Notes under the pieces: generated by a model
Database searches by the model: none
Seen by the model: only the letters and a program-made list of their open reading frames with translations
What the model was told of the DNA's origin: nothing
NCBI GenBank assembly: GCA_046597055.1
Contig: JBKJLC010000279.1
Location: forward strand, 1-19,905
Direction of reading: 5' to 3'
Origin: Kofleriaceae bacterium
GTDB taxonomy: Bacteria; Myxococcota_A; Polyangia; Haliangiales; Haliangiaceae
DNA: 19,905 bases
Position numbers and translations under genes: made by a program
Shown: positions 1 to 12,249 of the stretch, piece after piece
How positions within the stretch are numbered: position 1 is the stretch's first letter
Layout: each line of letters starts with the position of its first letter

Positions 1-195
1 CCCCCGCCCCCGCCCCCGCCGGAGTGCTCGACCTACACCGACCAGGCCTCCTGCGAGGCCGCCCCGCTCGGCTGCCGCGCGGTGATCGCCGGCACCAACT
101 GCCAGCGCCCCGACGGGACCACCTGCCAGATGGGTGACCAGACCTGTACCTGCACCGCGCCCTACACCTTCCAGGCGTGCGTCCCCCGGACCTGA
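1..195 (+). CDS. 3' end of a Pro-linker/Cys-rich protein (partial; probably secreted or surface-associated)
   Basis: Frame 1 reads PPPPPPPECSTYTDQASCEAAPLGCRAVIAGTNCQRPDGTTCQMGDQTCTCTAPYTFQACVPRT then TGA (193-195). It has 8 Cys, GC-rich third codon positions, and is missing from the ORF track because the start lies outside the window. Confidence 0.75.
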   Translation, partial: PPPPPPPECSTYTDQASCEAAPLGCRAVIAGTNCQRPDGTTCQMGDQTCTCTAPYTFQACVPRT

Positions 196-298
196 CCGAT
201 CCCTGACCTCGCACCGAGCCCCGGGCTCGGCGCACCGAACGGCGACGGACCTTCCGTCGCCGTTCTGGTTTTCGGGCCATCGCGGTACGCTCGGGGCC

Positions 299-739
299 AT
301 GACCGGCTTCGGGTTCTCGGAGACCATGACCGGGACGTGGGCGCCGCACGACCGCCCCGCGGAGCGACGGCCGTTTCGCTTCTCGGTGGTGGCGCGGTCG
401 GGGCCGCTCGGCCGCTTCCGCGCTGACAAGGTGGCAAACATCACCGGCACGCTCGACGCCGAGGGCCTGGCCACCCGGCGCGAGCTGACCGGGACGATGG
501 TGGTCGCGCCGTTCCTCCGCCGCGTGATCCGCTACCAGTTCGCGTTCACCGGCGACGACGGCAAGCCGTACCGGTTCGCCGGCCAGAAGGACATCCGTTG
601 GCTCGATCCGGTCCGCACGTGGACCGAGCTCCCCGGCGAGCTGACCGATGGCGCCGGCGTCACGGTCGGCCGCGCCGACCTCCGGTTCGACCTGCGCCGC
701 GACAGCGTCGCGTTCCTGCGCAGCTTCCGCCCATCCTGA
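299..739 (+). CDS. Hypothetical protein (146 aa), resembles the accessory beta domain appended to cholesterol-oxidase-like GMC oxidoreductases
   Basis: ATG at 299 within ORF 134..739. Sequence includes FSETMTG...RYQFAFTGDDGKPYRFAGQK...TELPGEL...FLRSFR. TACGCT lies 7 nt before the ATG. The family resemblance is from recall only. Confidence 0.7.
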   Translation: MTGFGFSETMTGTWAPHDRPAERRPFRFSVVARSGPLGRFRADKVANITGTLDAEGLATRRELTGTMVVAPFLRRVIRYQFAFTGDDGKPYRFAGQKDIRWLDPVRTWTELPGELTDGAGVTVGRADLRFDLRRDSVAFLRSFRPS

Positions 740-799
740 CCCGGGCCGGGCCGGGCCCACCTGATCAGGCGGGCACGAGACCGGTTGCTCGATGGTCTC

Positions 800-826
800 G
801 GAATGCCTAGCTTCTCGGCCACGTCA
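800..826 (+). promoter_or_regulatory. Candidate ECF-sigma promoter GGAAT-N18-GTCA upstream of secA
   Basis: GGAAT at 800-804 and GTC at 823-825, with the same spacing as the motif upstream of the ECF sigma gene. Confidence 0.4.
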
Positions 827-921
827 CCCTTCCTCTCGGCGTGCAGCCTGTCGCGAGCCTGTCCAGGGGCCGACCGTGCTAAGACTCGCCGTTCGTCGCG
901 CCCCCCTTCACGGACCAGGCC

Positions 922-4122
<3,201 letters not shown>

Positions 4123-4229
4123 TCGCGCGCCGGGTGACGGCGCGGCCTCGGATCTTGCGCACGTCGGATCAGCGGGCCAGGACGGCGGAGGGCTGGCGCG
4201 CCGCCGGCCCGCGACGTAGCGTGCGGCCC

Positions 4230-5021
4230 ATGGGGATCGACTACGTGCTCGTGCGCGACTGCGCACCGCGGACGGCGCTCGGCTCGACCGGCATCATCGA
4301 CCTGGGCAAGGCGCGCGAGCGCGCCGACCTGGTGCTGGCGACGGTGCGCGCCGAGGGTGACGATCGGCCGCTCGCCCAGATCACCTTCGACGTCTCGCTG
4401 CGCACGCCGGCCGGCGACACCGTCCAGACCGTCCGGGTGCAGGACCTGATGGAGCAGGCCGAGCCGCTCGAGGACCTGCGCCACCACTGCGAGACCTGCC
4501 CGGTCGACGTCGGCGGCAAGGGTTTCGGCTGCACGCGCTACATCGCGTACCCGATCCCGGCCGCGGCCGAGCACTGGCTGATGGCGCGCTTGCCCGAGGA
4601 TCTTGACTCGACCGCGGGCCAGTTCCTGCTGCAGGCGCTCGAGGACTTCGGCTGGGACGGCGCCCCGGTTGCCGCCATGCGCGCGCAGGGCAACACGTTC
4701 TTCGAGGACGACGAGCCCGCCACCATCCGCTGGGGCGACGATGACGACGCGGTCACGCTGTCGTCCGATCAGGTGCTCCAGATGATGTTCCACGTCGGCC
4801 ACCTCGAGCCGACCCACGCGATGATGCTGTGCCTGTTCTTCGGGATCCTGCCCCACGACGTCGACGTCGAGGTGCTGAACGATCCGATGCTCCGGACCCA
4901 GGCGCTGGCGTCGGCGCGGATCCGCCCGACCCCGGCCATGGAGGTCGGCGCCATGGCGGAGTTCCTCCACTGTTTGACGCTCGCCGCGCTCCACGAGCTG
5001 TCGGTCTTGATCGACGGCTGA
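4230..5021 (+). CDS. Hypothetical protein (263 aa) with putative Cys4 metal site
   Basis: ATG at 4230 (MGIDYVLVRDC...), with CETC and GFGC motifs, typical codon bias, and TAGCGT 7 nt upstream. Confidence 0.8.
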   Translation: MGIDYVLVRDCAPRTALGSTGIIDLGKARERADLVLATVRAEGDDRPLAQITFDVSLRTPAGDTVQTVRVQDLMEQAEPLEDLRHHCETCPVDVGGKGFGCTRYIAYPIPAAAEHWLMARLPEDLDSTAGQFLLQALEDFGWDGAPVAAMRAQGNTFFEDDEPATIRWGDDDDAVTLSSDQVLQMMFHVGHLEPTHAMMLCLFFGILPHDVDVEVLNDPMLRTQALASARIRPTPAMEVGAMAEFLHCLTLAALHELSVLIDG

Positions 5022-5162
5022 GCCGAGCGCAGCGAGGCGGTCTGGTGGCCCGCCGGAGCGAGCGCGCCTGGCGCGATGACGCATCGCAGCGCGCGATCGC
5101 CTGCTCACCGTCGAGCCGCGGGATTGACGCGACCTGAACCGGCGACACATAGTGCGTGCCCC

Positions 5163-6269
<1,107 letters not shown>

Positions 6270-6294
6270 TCCCTCAAGCCTCCGACTTTCCTAC

Positions 6295-6327
6295 GGTATT
6301 CAGGGCCGTCCGGAGACCCGGAATACC
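6295..6327. other. Inverted repeat/hairpin GGTATTC-N19-GAATACC between ald and the sigma gene
   Basis: 7-bp arms at 6295-6301 and 6321-6327 with an inner GTC-CGGA-GAC stem. The right arm overlaps the putative ECF -35 element. Confidence 0.45.
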
Positions 6328-6348
6328 CCGCAGCCCGCGCTGGTACAA
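6320..6348 (+). promoter_or_regulatory. Candidate autoregulatory ECF promoter GGAAT-N18-GTACAA
   Basis: GGAAT at 6320-6324 and GTA at 6343-6345, with the ATG at 6358. Resembles the SigR/SigH-type GGAAT-N18-GTT consensus. Confidence 0.55.
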
Positions 6349-6357
6349 GCTACCGAG

Positions 6358-7041
6358 ATGTTTGGGCGCAAGACGACGCGACGGAGCGAGTTCGAGGCGG
6401 TGGCCCTCCCCCACCTCGATGCCCTCTACGGCACCGCGTACCGCCTCGCGCGCAACCCGCGCGACGCCGAGGATCTGGTGCAGGAAGCGCTCATGCGCGC
6501 GTACCGGTTCTGGGACACGTTCCAGAAGGACTCGAACTGCAAGGCGTGGCTGCTCCGCATCCTGACCAACACGTTCATCAACGAGTACCAGCGGCGCCGG
6601 CGCCAGCGCGAGGTGCTCGACGCCGCGACCGCCGAGCAGTCGGCGACCGATGGCGTCCTGGTCCACGAGGCCGCGCAGGTCCAGCGCAGCCCCGAGGGCG
6701 TGATGCTCGATCGCAGCGTGTCGGACGACGTCCAGCGCGCGCTCGACGCGCTGCCCGCCGACTTTCGCACCGCGGTCGTGCTGTGCGACGTCGACGGGCT
6801 CTCGTACAAGGAGATCGCCGAGGTCATGGATTGTCCGGTCGGGACCGTCATGAGTCGGCTGTTCCGTGGCCGCCGCCTGCTCGAGGCGGCGCTCAAGCAG
6901 TTCGCGATCGAGGCTGGCTACGTGCGCGCGAGCCGCCCCGGCGACGCGGTCGACGCGGTCGCCGCCCCCATCACCCCTCCCCCCTCTAGCCCTGGGCCGG
7001 ACCCGATCGACCTGGCGTCCTACCGCTCCAAGAAGCGCTAG
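6358..7041 (+). CDS. rpoE: ECF RNA polymerase sigma factor (SigH/SigR-like; probable orthologue of M. xanthus RpoE1)
   Basis: Region 2 LYGTAYRLARNPRDAEDLVQE...KAWLLRILTNTFIN and region 4 LPADFRTAVVLCDVDGLSYKEIAEVMDCPVGTVMSRLFRGR. It sits between ald and anti-sigma/frzS, as in M. xanthus. Confidence 0.95.
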   Translation: MFGRKTTRRSEFEAVALPHLDALYGTAYRLARNPRDAEDLVQEALMRAYRFWDTFQKDSNCKAWLLRILTNTFINEYQRRRRQREVLDAATAEQSATDGVLVHEAAQVQRSPEGVMLDRSVSDDVQRALDALPADFRTAVVLCDVDGLSYKEIAEVMDCPVGTVMSRLFRGRRLLEAALKQFAIEAGYVRASRPGDAVDAVAAPITPPPSSPGPDPIDLASYRSKKR

Positions 7042-7055
7042 CCCCGAGAGCTCCG

Positions 7056-7889
7056 ATGAATCACGAGGCCGACAATCAGACCCGACGCGTGTGCGCCAGC
7101 ATCGACACGCTGGCCATGACCTATCTCGACGGCGAGCTCGGCGGCGAGGACCTGCGCGAGCTCGAGGTCCACCTCGTCGAGTGCCCCCCGTGCCGGGCGC
7201 GCGTCGACGCCGAGGCCGCCACCATGGGCAGCCTGCGCAAGGCGCTGGCTGCGCCGCCGGCGCCCGAGCTCCTGCGAGCGCGGGTCGGCCGCGCGCTCGA
7301 TGGCGAGGACCGCGCGGCGCGGCGCGGCGCGCGCGCCTGGCTCCTGCCGGGGGCCGCCGCCACCGCCGCGGTCGCCGCGCTCGCGGTGTTCATCACCGCG
7401 CGTGAACCGGTGCCGAACCGGGCCAAGCCGGTCGAGAGCGCGGCGGTCACCCAGGCGCGGCGGGTCCGTCCGCTCGAGGTCCAGGGCGCCGCCACCAACC
7501 AGTGGGTGCAGACCCACTTCGATCCCAACGTCGAGGTGCCGACGTTCAACGACGTCCGCGTCGATCAGTGGGGCGCGCGCCTGGTCGAGGTGCTCGATCG
7601 CGAGGCGGTCCAGCTGTTCTACCGGGTGACCACCGCCGGCGGCCGCGCCAGCGACGTCGCGGTGGTGATCTTCGACGCCCGCGGGCTGCGGCTCAACGGC
7701 CACCAGCGCCGGGTCGTCGACGGTCGCGTGCTGCTGGTCGGCAGCTTCGACGGCGCCAGCGTGGTCAGCCTGCGCGACAGCGACCAGCGCGCCTACATCT
7801 TCACGTCGAACCAGCTGCTCCCCGACGACCTGGCGACCCTGGTGGTCCGGTCGAGCCTGCTGCCGCAGAGCCGCGAACGCGGTCGCTGA
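7056..7889 (+). CDS. Zinc-binding transmembrane anti-sigma factor (zf-HC2/ZAS)
   Basis: C...YLDGEL...HLVECPPC (HxxxCxxC), one hydrophobic segment (WLLPGAAATAAVAALAVFI) and a C-terminal extracytoplasmic domain. It starts 14 nt after the sigma stop. Confidence 0.9.
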   Translation: MNHEADNQTRRVCASIDTLAMTYLDGELGGEDLRELEVHLVECPPCRARVDAEAATMGSLRKALAAPPAPELLRARVGRALDGEDRAARRGARAWLLPGAAATAAVAALAVFITAREPVPNRAKPVESAAVTQARRVRPLEVQGAATNQWVQTHFDPNVEVPTFNDVRVDQWGARLVEVLDREAVQLFYRVTTAGGRASDVAVVIFDARGLRLNGHQRRVVDGRVLLVGSFDGASVVSLRDSDQRAYIFTSNQLLPDDLATLVVRSSLLPQSRERGR

Positions 7890-7958
7890 CGCGGTCGCGC
7901 GACCGCGCGGGCGCCTGACCGATCGCCGGTGGCGTGGGCGTTCCCTGGCCGGGAACGC
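7890..7958. other. Two palindromes in the anti-sigma/frzS spacer
   Basis: Perfect 18-bp palindrome CGCGGTCGCGCGACCGCG (7890-7907) and GCGTTCCC-N5-GGGAACGC (7938-7958). TATGCT, a -10-like hexamer, is at 7980-7985. Confidence 0.4.
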
Positions 7959-7998
7959 GCGCGCGGGCGCCCGACCGGATATGCTGGCGCCGGGGAAC

Positions 7999-10900
7999 AT
8001 GAGCCAGCGCCGCATCCTGTTGATCGACGCCGACCGCGAATTTCACAAGATGCTCAGCCGTGAGCTGAGCCCGTATGGGTTCGAGATCGTCCGCGACGAC
8101 TCGCCCGAGGCGGTCGGCCGGCTGCAGGATCTCGGCGCGGTCGCGCTGTTCATTGCCGTCGAGGAGCCCGAGCGCAAGGGCTACGCCCTGTTCAACAAGG
8201 CGAAGAAGGGCGTCGCGGCCGGCATGCCGGTGGTGCTGGTCACCGGATCGGTCCCGGCCGACGTGTTCGCCAACCACCGCCGCCTGAAGGTCCACGCCGA
8301 CGAGTACCTCGACAAGCGCGAGCTCTCCACCGACGTGCTGATCGGCAAGATCGACAACCTGCTGGGGCCGCTCGACGAGCCGGCCGCCGAGCTCACCTCG
8401 ATCCCGGTCGAGGTCGACGAGGTCCCGCTCGATGACGACGTGATGGTCGACGAGGTCGACGGCGCCGAGCTCGACCTCGGCGCGATCGACGACTTCGCCG
8501 ACGAGGGCAACCGGACCATGGAGGCGCCGCCGAAGCTGCTCGACGAGCTGCTCGACGCCGAGACCGACGCCGCGTTCGCCGGCCTCCTGATGGGCGACCT
8601 CGGCGACGAGCCCGTGCGAGGCGCGCGGGGCAAGCCCGCGCCGTCACCGCGACCCGCGCCGCTCGAGCGCGGCCTGGATCGCGAGCTGCGCGCCGAGGCG
8701 GGGCCGCGTCCGCTGCCACCGCCCGACGCCGACGAGCCGGCCCGCCTGGACCGGGTCGAGCCGGGCCCGTCCGGCCGGATCAACCGGGCGTCGGTCGCGC
8801 CGCTGCCGCGGCTCAAGCGCGGGACCGCGGTGCCCGAGCCGGTCCCCGAGCCGACGCACCTGCTGGCCCGCGAACCGGCGCCCGACCTCGACCTGGCGTC
8901 GGTGCCCGAGCCGGTGCCCGAGCCGATCGGCGCGGTCGACGAGCTCGATTCGATCACCCGGGTGCCGGGATTCGCCGAGCCCGGGCCGATGAGCGAGGCC
9001 GAGCTCGCGGAGCTCGGGCCGATGCCGGACCTCGAGCCGATGGCCGAGCCCGAGCCGATGGGCGAGCTCGAGCCAATGGCCGAGCTCGAGTCGATGGCCG
9101 ATCTGGACTCGATGGCCGACCTCGACTCGATGGCCGGCCTCGACTCGATGGCCGATCTGGGGCCCTTGGCCGATCTGGAGCCGGCGGCGGAGCACGACGA
9201 GGCAGCGCCGACCGCGATCGCCGCGCCGGTGCCCGAGCCGCTCGCGGCGCTTGCGCCGGTCCCGGCGCTCGAGCCGGTCGCGGCGTTCGAGCCGGTGGCC
9301 GAGCTCGCGATCGAGCGGGAGCCGATCCGCGCGCCCGAGCCCGAGCCGGTGCGCACCGAGCCAGCCGCGCTGCCCGGGCGTCGGTCCCGCGTGACCTCGG
9401 CGCCGCCCGACAACAGCGCGTCCGCGTTCGACCTCGGCCTCGACGAGGTCGCGGCCCGCGCCGACGAGGAGCAGTCGGGCGTCCACGATCGACGCACCCT
9501 CCAGAAGATCCACCTGATCGAGCGCGACAACCAGCGGCTCAAGGCCGAGCTCGAGAAGGCGCGGCAGGCCGATGCGGGCGCGGCGCGGCCGCAGAGCCGC
9601 GAGCGCGACTTCCTGAACCTGCGCGAGATGATCACCGCGAAGGACAAGGAGCTGCTCGGGCTGCGCGACGATCTCGCGCACAAGGACCGCGAGGTCCACG
9701 AGGCCCGCGAGCGGGTGCGCCAGCTCCAGCACGCCAAGGCGGCGGTCGACGGCAAGAACCTCGAGCTCGAGTCGCGGTTGCTCGGTGACGCCGAGCGCAC
9801 CGAGAACGCCGAGCTCGCGCTGCAGGAGGCGCGCGCCAAGCTGGGCGGGCTCGAGCAGAAGCTGGCGCGGAGCCAGGTCGAGCTGCAGCGGATGGCGGAC
9901 CACGTCACCGAGGCCGAGACCGCCCGCACGGCCGCCGAGGCGCGCGTGCGCGACGAGCTGTCGAGCCTCCAGGCCACGCTCGACAAGGCCGAGCGCGATC
10001 ATGCGGTGGCGCTCGAGCGGCTGCGCAACGAACACGAGCGCGCGCGGAGCGAGGCGATCGCCGCCGCCGCCGCTGGTGGCGATCAGGCGCTGGCCGCGCT
10101 GGCGGCCGAGCGCGATCGGACCCTGGCCACGCTCGCCGCCGAGCGTGATCAGGCGCGCGACGCCGCGGTCGCCGCGGTCACCGCCGAGGCTGCGGCCACG
10201 CGGGCCGAGCTCGAGCGCGCGCACGCCGCCGCGCTCGCGGCCCGTGACCACCGCCTGACCGAGGCCGACGAGGAGCACACCGAGACCCTGACCGCCGCGC
10301 TCGGGGCCGAGCGCCGGCGCGCGGCCGAGGAGCTGGCCGAGGCCCTCGCCGCCCACGAGCAGACCGTGCGTCAGCTGCAGGCAGATCGCGCCGCCGAGCT
10401 CGAGGCCGCGCTGTCGCAGCGCGAGGAGGCGACCCAGGCGGTCGAGGAGCGGCTGGCCCTGGAGCTGGCCGCGGCCGCGCACGAGCGCACCGAGGCGGTG
10501 GCGGCGACCGAGGCCGACGTGCGCCGGATCTTCACCGAGCGGCTCGGCGCGCTCGAGACGCGGGCGGCCCAGGAGCTGCGCGAGCTGCACGGGAACCACG
10601 CGCAGCTGGTCGCGCGGCTGACCGCCGAGCACCAGGCCTCGCTCGGCCAGATCCGGGCCGAGGCCGATCAGCACCGCAGCGAGCTGCGCACCGTGCACGA
10701 GGAGGCGGTGGCGCGGCTGAGCGCTGACCACCAGGCCTCGCTCGGCCAGGTCCGGGCCGATGCCGATGCCGCCCGCGCCGAGCTGGCGCGCCGGCTCGCG
10801 GCCGAGCACCAGGCCGCGCTGGCCGCCGCCGCCACCACAGCCGGCGAGGCGTTGACCGCCGAGCGCACCCGGCTGGAGACCGCCACGACGACCGCGATGC

Positions 10901-12168
10901 GGCAGCTCGAGGAGCGGCTGCTGCGCGAGCAGCAAGAGCTCGAGGCTCGCCTGGTCGCCGAGCGCGACGAGACGATCGCCCGCGCGGCCGCCGAGCGGCG
11001 CAGCCTGGTGGCCCAGCACGAGATTGACCACGACGCGGCGCTCGCGGCCCTGACCGCCGCGCACGACGCCGCGCTGGCGGCCGAGCGCAGCGACCACGAG
11101 GCCAGCCTGTCCGAGGCGCGCGCGGCTGGCGAGGCCGCGGTCGCGACCGAGCGGGCCGCCCGCGAAGCCGAGCTCGCGGCCCAGCAGCGCGCGCACGAGG
11201 CCGCGCTGGCGACCGAGCGCGAGGCGCGCGACGCCGCGCTGGCGGTGCAGCAGGCCGAGCGCAAGTCGGCGCTGGCCGCCCAGCGCGCGGAGTACGAGGC
11301 CGCGGTCATCACGCTGCGCGCGGAGCACGATGCCGCGCTGACGGCGATCACCGCCGGCGCGCGCTCGACCCAGGAGGCGCAGGCCAGCGAACACCAGCAG
11401 GCGACGGCCCGGCTGGGCGCCGAGCACGACGCCACCGTGGCCCGCGCGCACGCCGAGCATCAGGCCGAGCTGACCCGGGCCAACCGCGCGCGCGAGGATG
11501 CGCTGGCCCGAGTGGCCGCCCAGCACCAGACCGAGCTCACCGGGATGGCCACGCAGCACCAGTCCGAGCTGGCGCGCGTCACCGACGAGCGTGAGCGCGT
11601 GAGCGTGCGCCTCGAGGCCGAGACCGCGGCGCGGGCCGCCGCGGAGGGCGAGCGTGAGCGCGTGAGCGCGCGCCTCGAGGCCGAGACCGCGGCGCGGGCC
11701 GCCGCGGAGGGCGAGCGCGACCAGCTCGGCGCCCGGCTCGAGGCCGAGACCGCCGCGCGCACGGCGACCGAGGTGGTCCGCGACGAGCTGCGCGCCCGGC
11801 TCGAGACCGAGGCTGCCGCGCGGGCCGCGGCCAAGGCCGAGCGCGACGAGCTCGAGCGCGGGCTGTCGTCGACCCGCAGCGCCGTGCGCCGCGTCGAGGG
11901 CGAGCTGACCCAGGCCCGGACCGCGATCGGCGATCGCGACCGGGCCTTGACCGAGCACCAGGAAGCGATCGCCGCGCGCGATCAGCGGATCGAGGAGCTG
12001 GGCGGCAACGTCGACGAGCTCGAGCGCGAGAACGCGACCTACCAGGAGCAGGTGCTGAAGGCCTATCAGAAGATCAAGGCCGACGAGGCCGTGGTCGCGC
12101 GCGCGAAGAAGGCGCTGGCGATCGCGCTGACCGCGCTCGACGACGGCGGCACCAAGCCCGCGTCGTAG
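7999..12168 (+). CDS. frzS: FrzS-family social-motility protein: pseudo-receiver, acidic Pro-rich linker and very long coiled coil (1389 aa)
   Basis: N-terminal receiver-like domain with FANHRRLKVHADEYLDK, matching my recollection of M. xanthus FrzS FAQHRKLKAHADEYVAK. No canonical phospho-Asp (LFIAVE). C-terminus KAYQKIKADE..KKALAIAL. Synteny ald-rpoE-anti-sigma-frzS. Confidence 0.88.
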   Translation: MSQRRILLIDADREFHKMLSRELSPYGFEIVRDDSPEAVGRLQDLGAVALFIAVEEPERKGYALFNKAKKGVAAGMPVVLVTGSVPADVFANHRRLKVHADEYLDKRELSTDVLIGKIDNLLGPLDEPAAELTSIPVEVDEVPLDDDVMVDEVDGAELDLGAIDDFADEGNRTMEAPPKLLDELLDAETDAAFAGLLMGDLGDEPVRGARGKPAPSPRPAPLERGLDRELRAEAGPRPLPPPDADEPARLDRVEPGPSGRINRASVAPLPRLKRGTAVPEPVPEPTHLLAREPAPDLDLASVPEPVPEPIGAVDELDSITRVPGFAEPGPMSEAELAELGPMPDLEPMAEPEPMGELEPMAELESMADLDSMADLDSMAGLDSMADLGPLADLEPAAEHDEAAPTAIAAPVPEPLAALAPVPALEPVAAFEPVAELAIEREPIRAPEPEPVRTEPAALPGRRSRVTSAPPDNSASAFDLGLDEVAARADEEQSGVHDRRTLQKIHLIERDNQRLKAELEKARQADAGAARPQSRERDFLNLREMITAKDKELLGLRDDLAHKDREVHEARERVRQLQHAKAAVDGKNLELESRLLGDAERTENAELALQEARAKLGGLEQKLARSQVELQRMADHVTEAETARTAAEARVRDELSSLQATLDKAERDHAVALERLRNEHERARSEAIAAAAAGGDQALAALAAERDRTLATLAAERDQARDAAVAAVTAEAAATRAELERAHAAALAARDHRLTEADEEHTETLTAALGAERRRAAEELAEALAAHEQTVRQLQADRAAELEAALSQREEATQAVEERLALELAAAAHERTEAVAATEADVRRIFTERLGALETRAAQELRELHGNHAQLVARLTAEHQASLGQIRAEADQHRSELRTVHEEAVARLSADHQASLGQVRADADAARAELARRLAAEHQAALAAAATTAGEALTAERTRLETATTTAMRQLEERLLREQQELEARLVAERDETIARAAAERRSLVAQHEIDHDAALAALTAAHDAALAAERSDHEASLSEARAAGEAAVATERAAREAELAAQQRAHEAALATEREARDAALAVQQAERKSALAAQRAEYEAAVITLRAEHDAALTAITAGARSTQEAQASEHQQATARLGAEHDATVARAHAEHQAELTRANRAREDALARVAAQHQTELTGMATQHQSELARVTDERERVSVRLEAETAARAAAEGERERVSARLEAETAARAAAEGERDQLGARLEAETAARTATEVVRDELRARLETEAAARAAAKAERDELERGLSSTRSAVRRVEGELTQARTAIGDRDRALTEHQEAIAARDQRIEELGGNVDELERENATYQEQVLKAYQKIKADEAVVARAKKALAIALTALDDGGTKPAS
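9013..9192 (+). repeat. 18-bp coding tandem repeat, 10 degenerate copies (hexapeptide L-[E/D/G]-[P/S]-M-A-[E/D])
   Basis: LGPMPD LEPMAE PEPMGE LEPMAE LESMAD LDSMAD LDSMAG LDSMAD LGPLAD LEPAAE. Confidence 0.9.
11029..11589 (+). repeat. 17 consecutive 11-residue (33-bp) hendecad units in the FrzS coiled coil
   Basis: HDAALAALTAA/HDAALAAERSD/HEASLSEARAA/.../HQTELTGMATQ/HQSELARVTDE. His is at position 1 in 10 of 17 units and L/V at position 5 in 15 of 17. Confidence 0.85.
11587..11838 (+). repeat. 63-bp (21-aa, three-heptad) tandem repeat, 4 copies
   Basis: ERERVSVRLEAETAARAAAEG / ERERVSARLEAETAARAAAEG / ERDQLGARLEAETAARTATEV / VRDELRARLETEAAARAAAKA. The first two copies are nearly identical in DNA. 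Confidence 0.9.
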
Positions 12169-12249
12169 CGGCGATCTGCGGTCGCTGCGGCGCTGCGGAC
12201 CACGCAGGTCCGAGGCCCGCGCCCGAGCTCGTGCGCGGCGGTTGCGCGG

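Noticed and set aside
134..298. Upstream in-frame extensions of ORFs (134, 4134, 5076, 7981)
   Set aside because: Low-complexity Arg/Pro-rich translations that overlap promoter-like elements. Family-typical N-termini begin at 299, 4230, 5163 and 7999.
7999..12168. Coiled-coil protein as SMC, tape-measure or defence-system component
   Set aside because: No Walker motifs or phage context. The receiver signature and synteny indicate FrzS.
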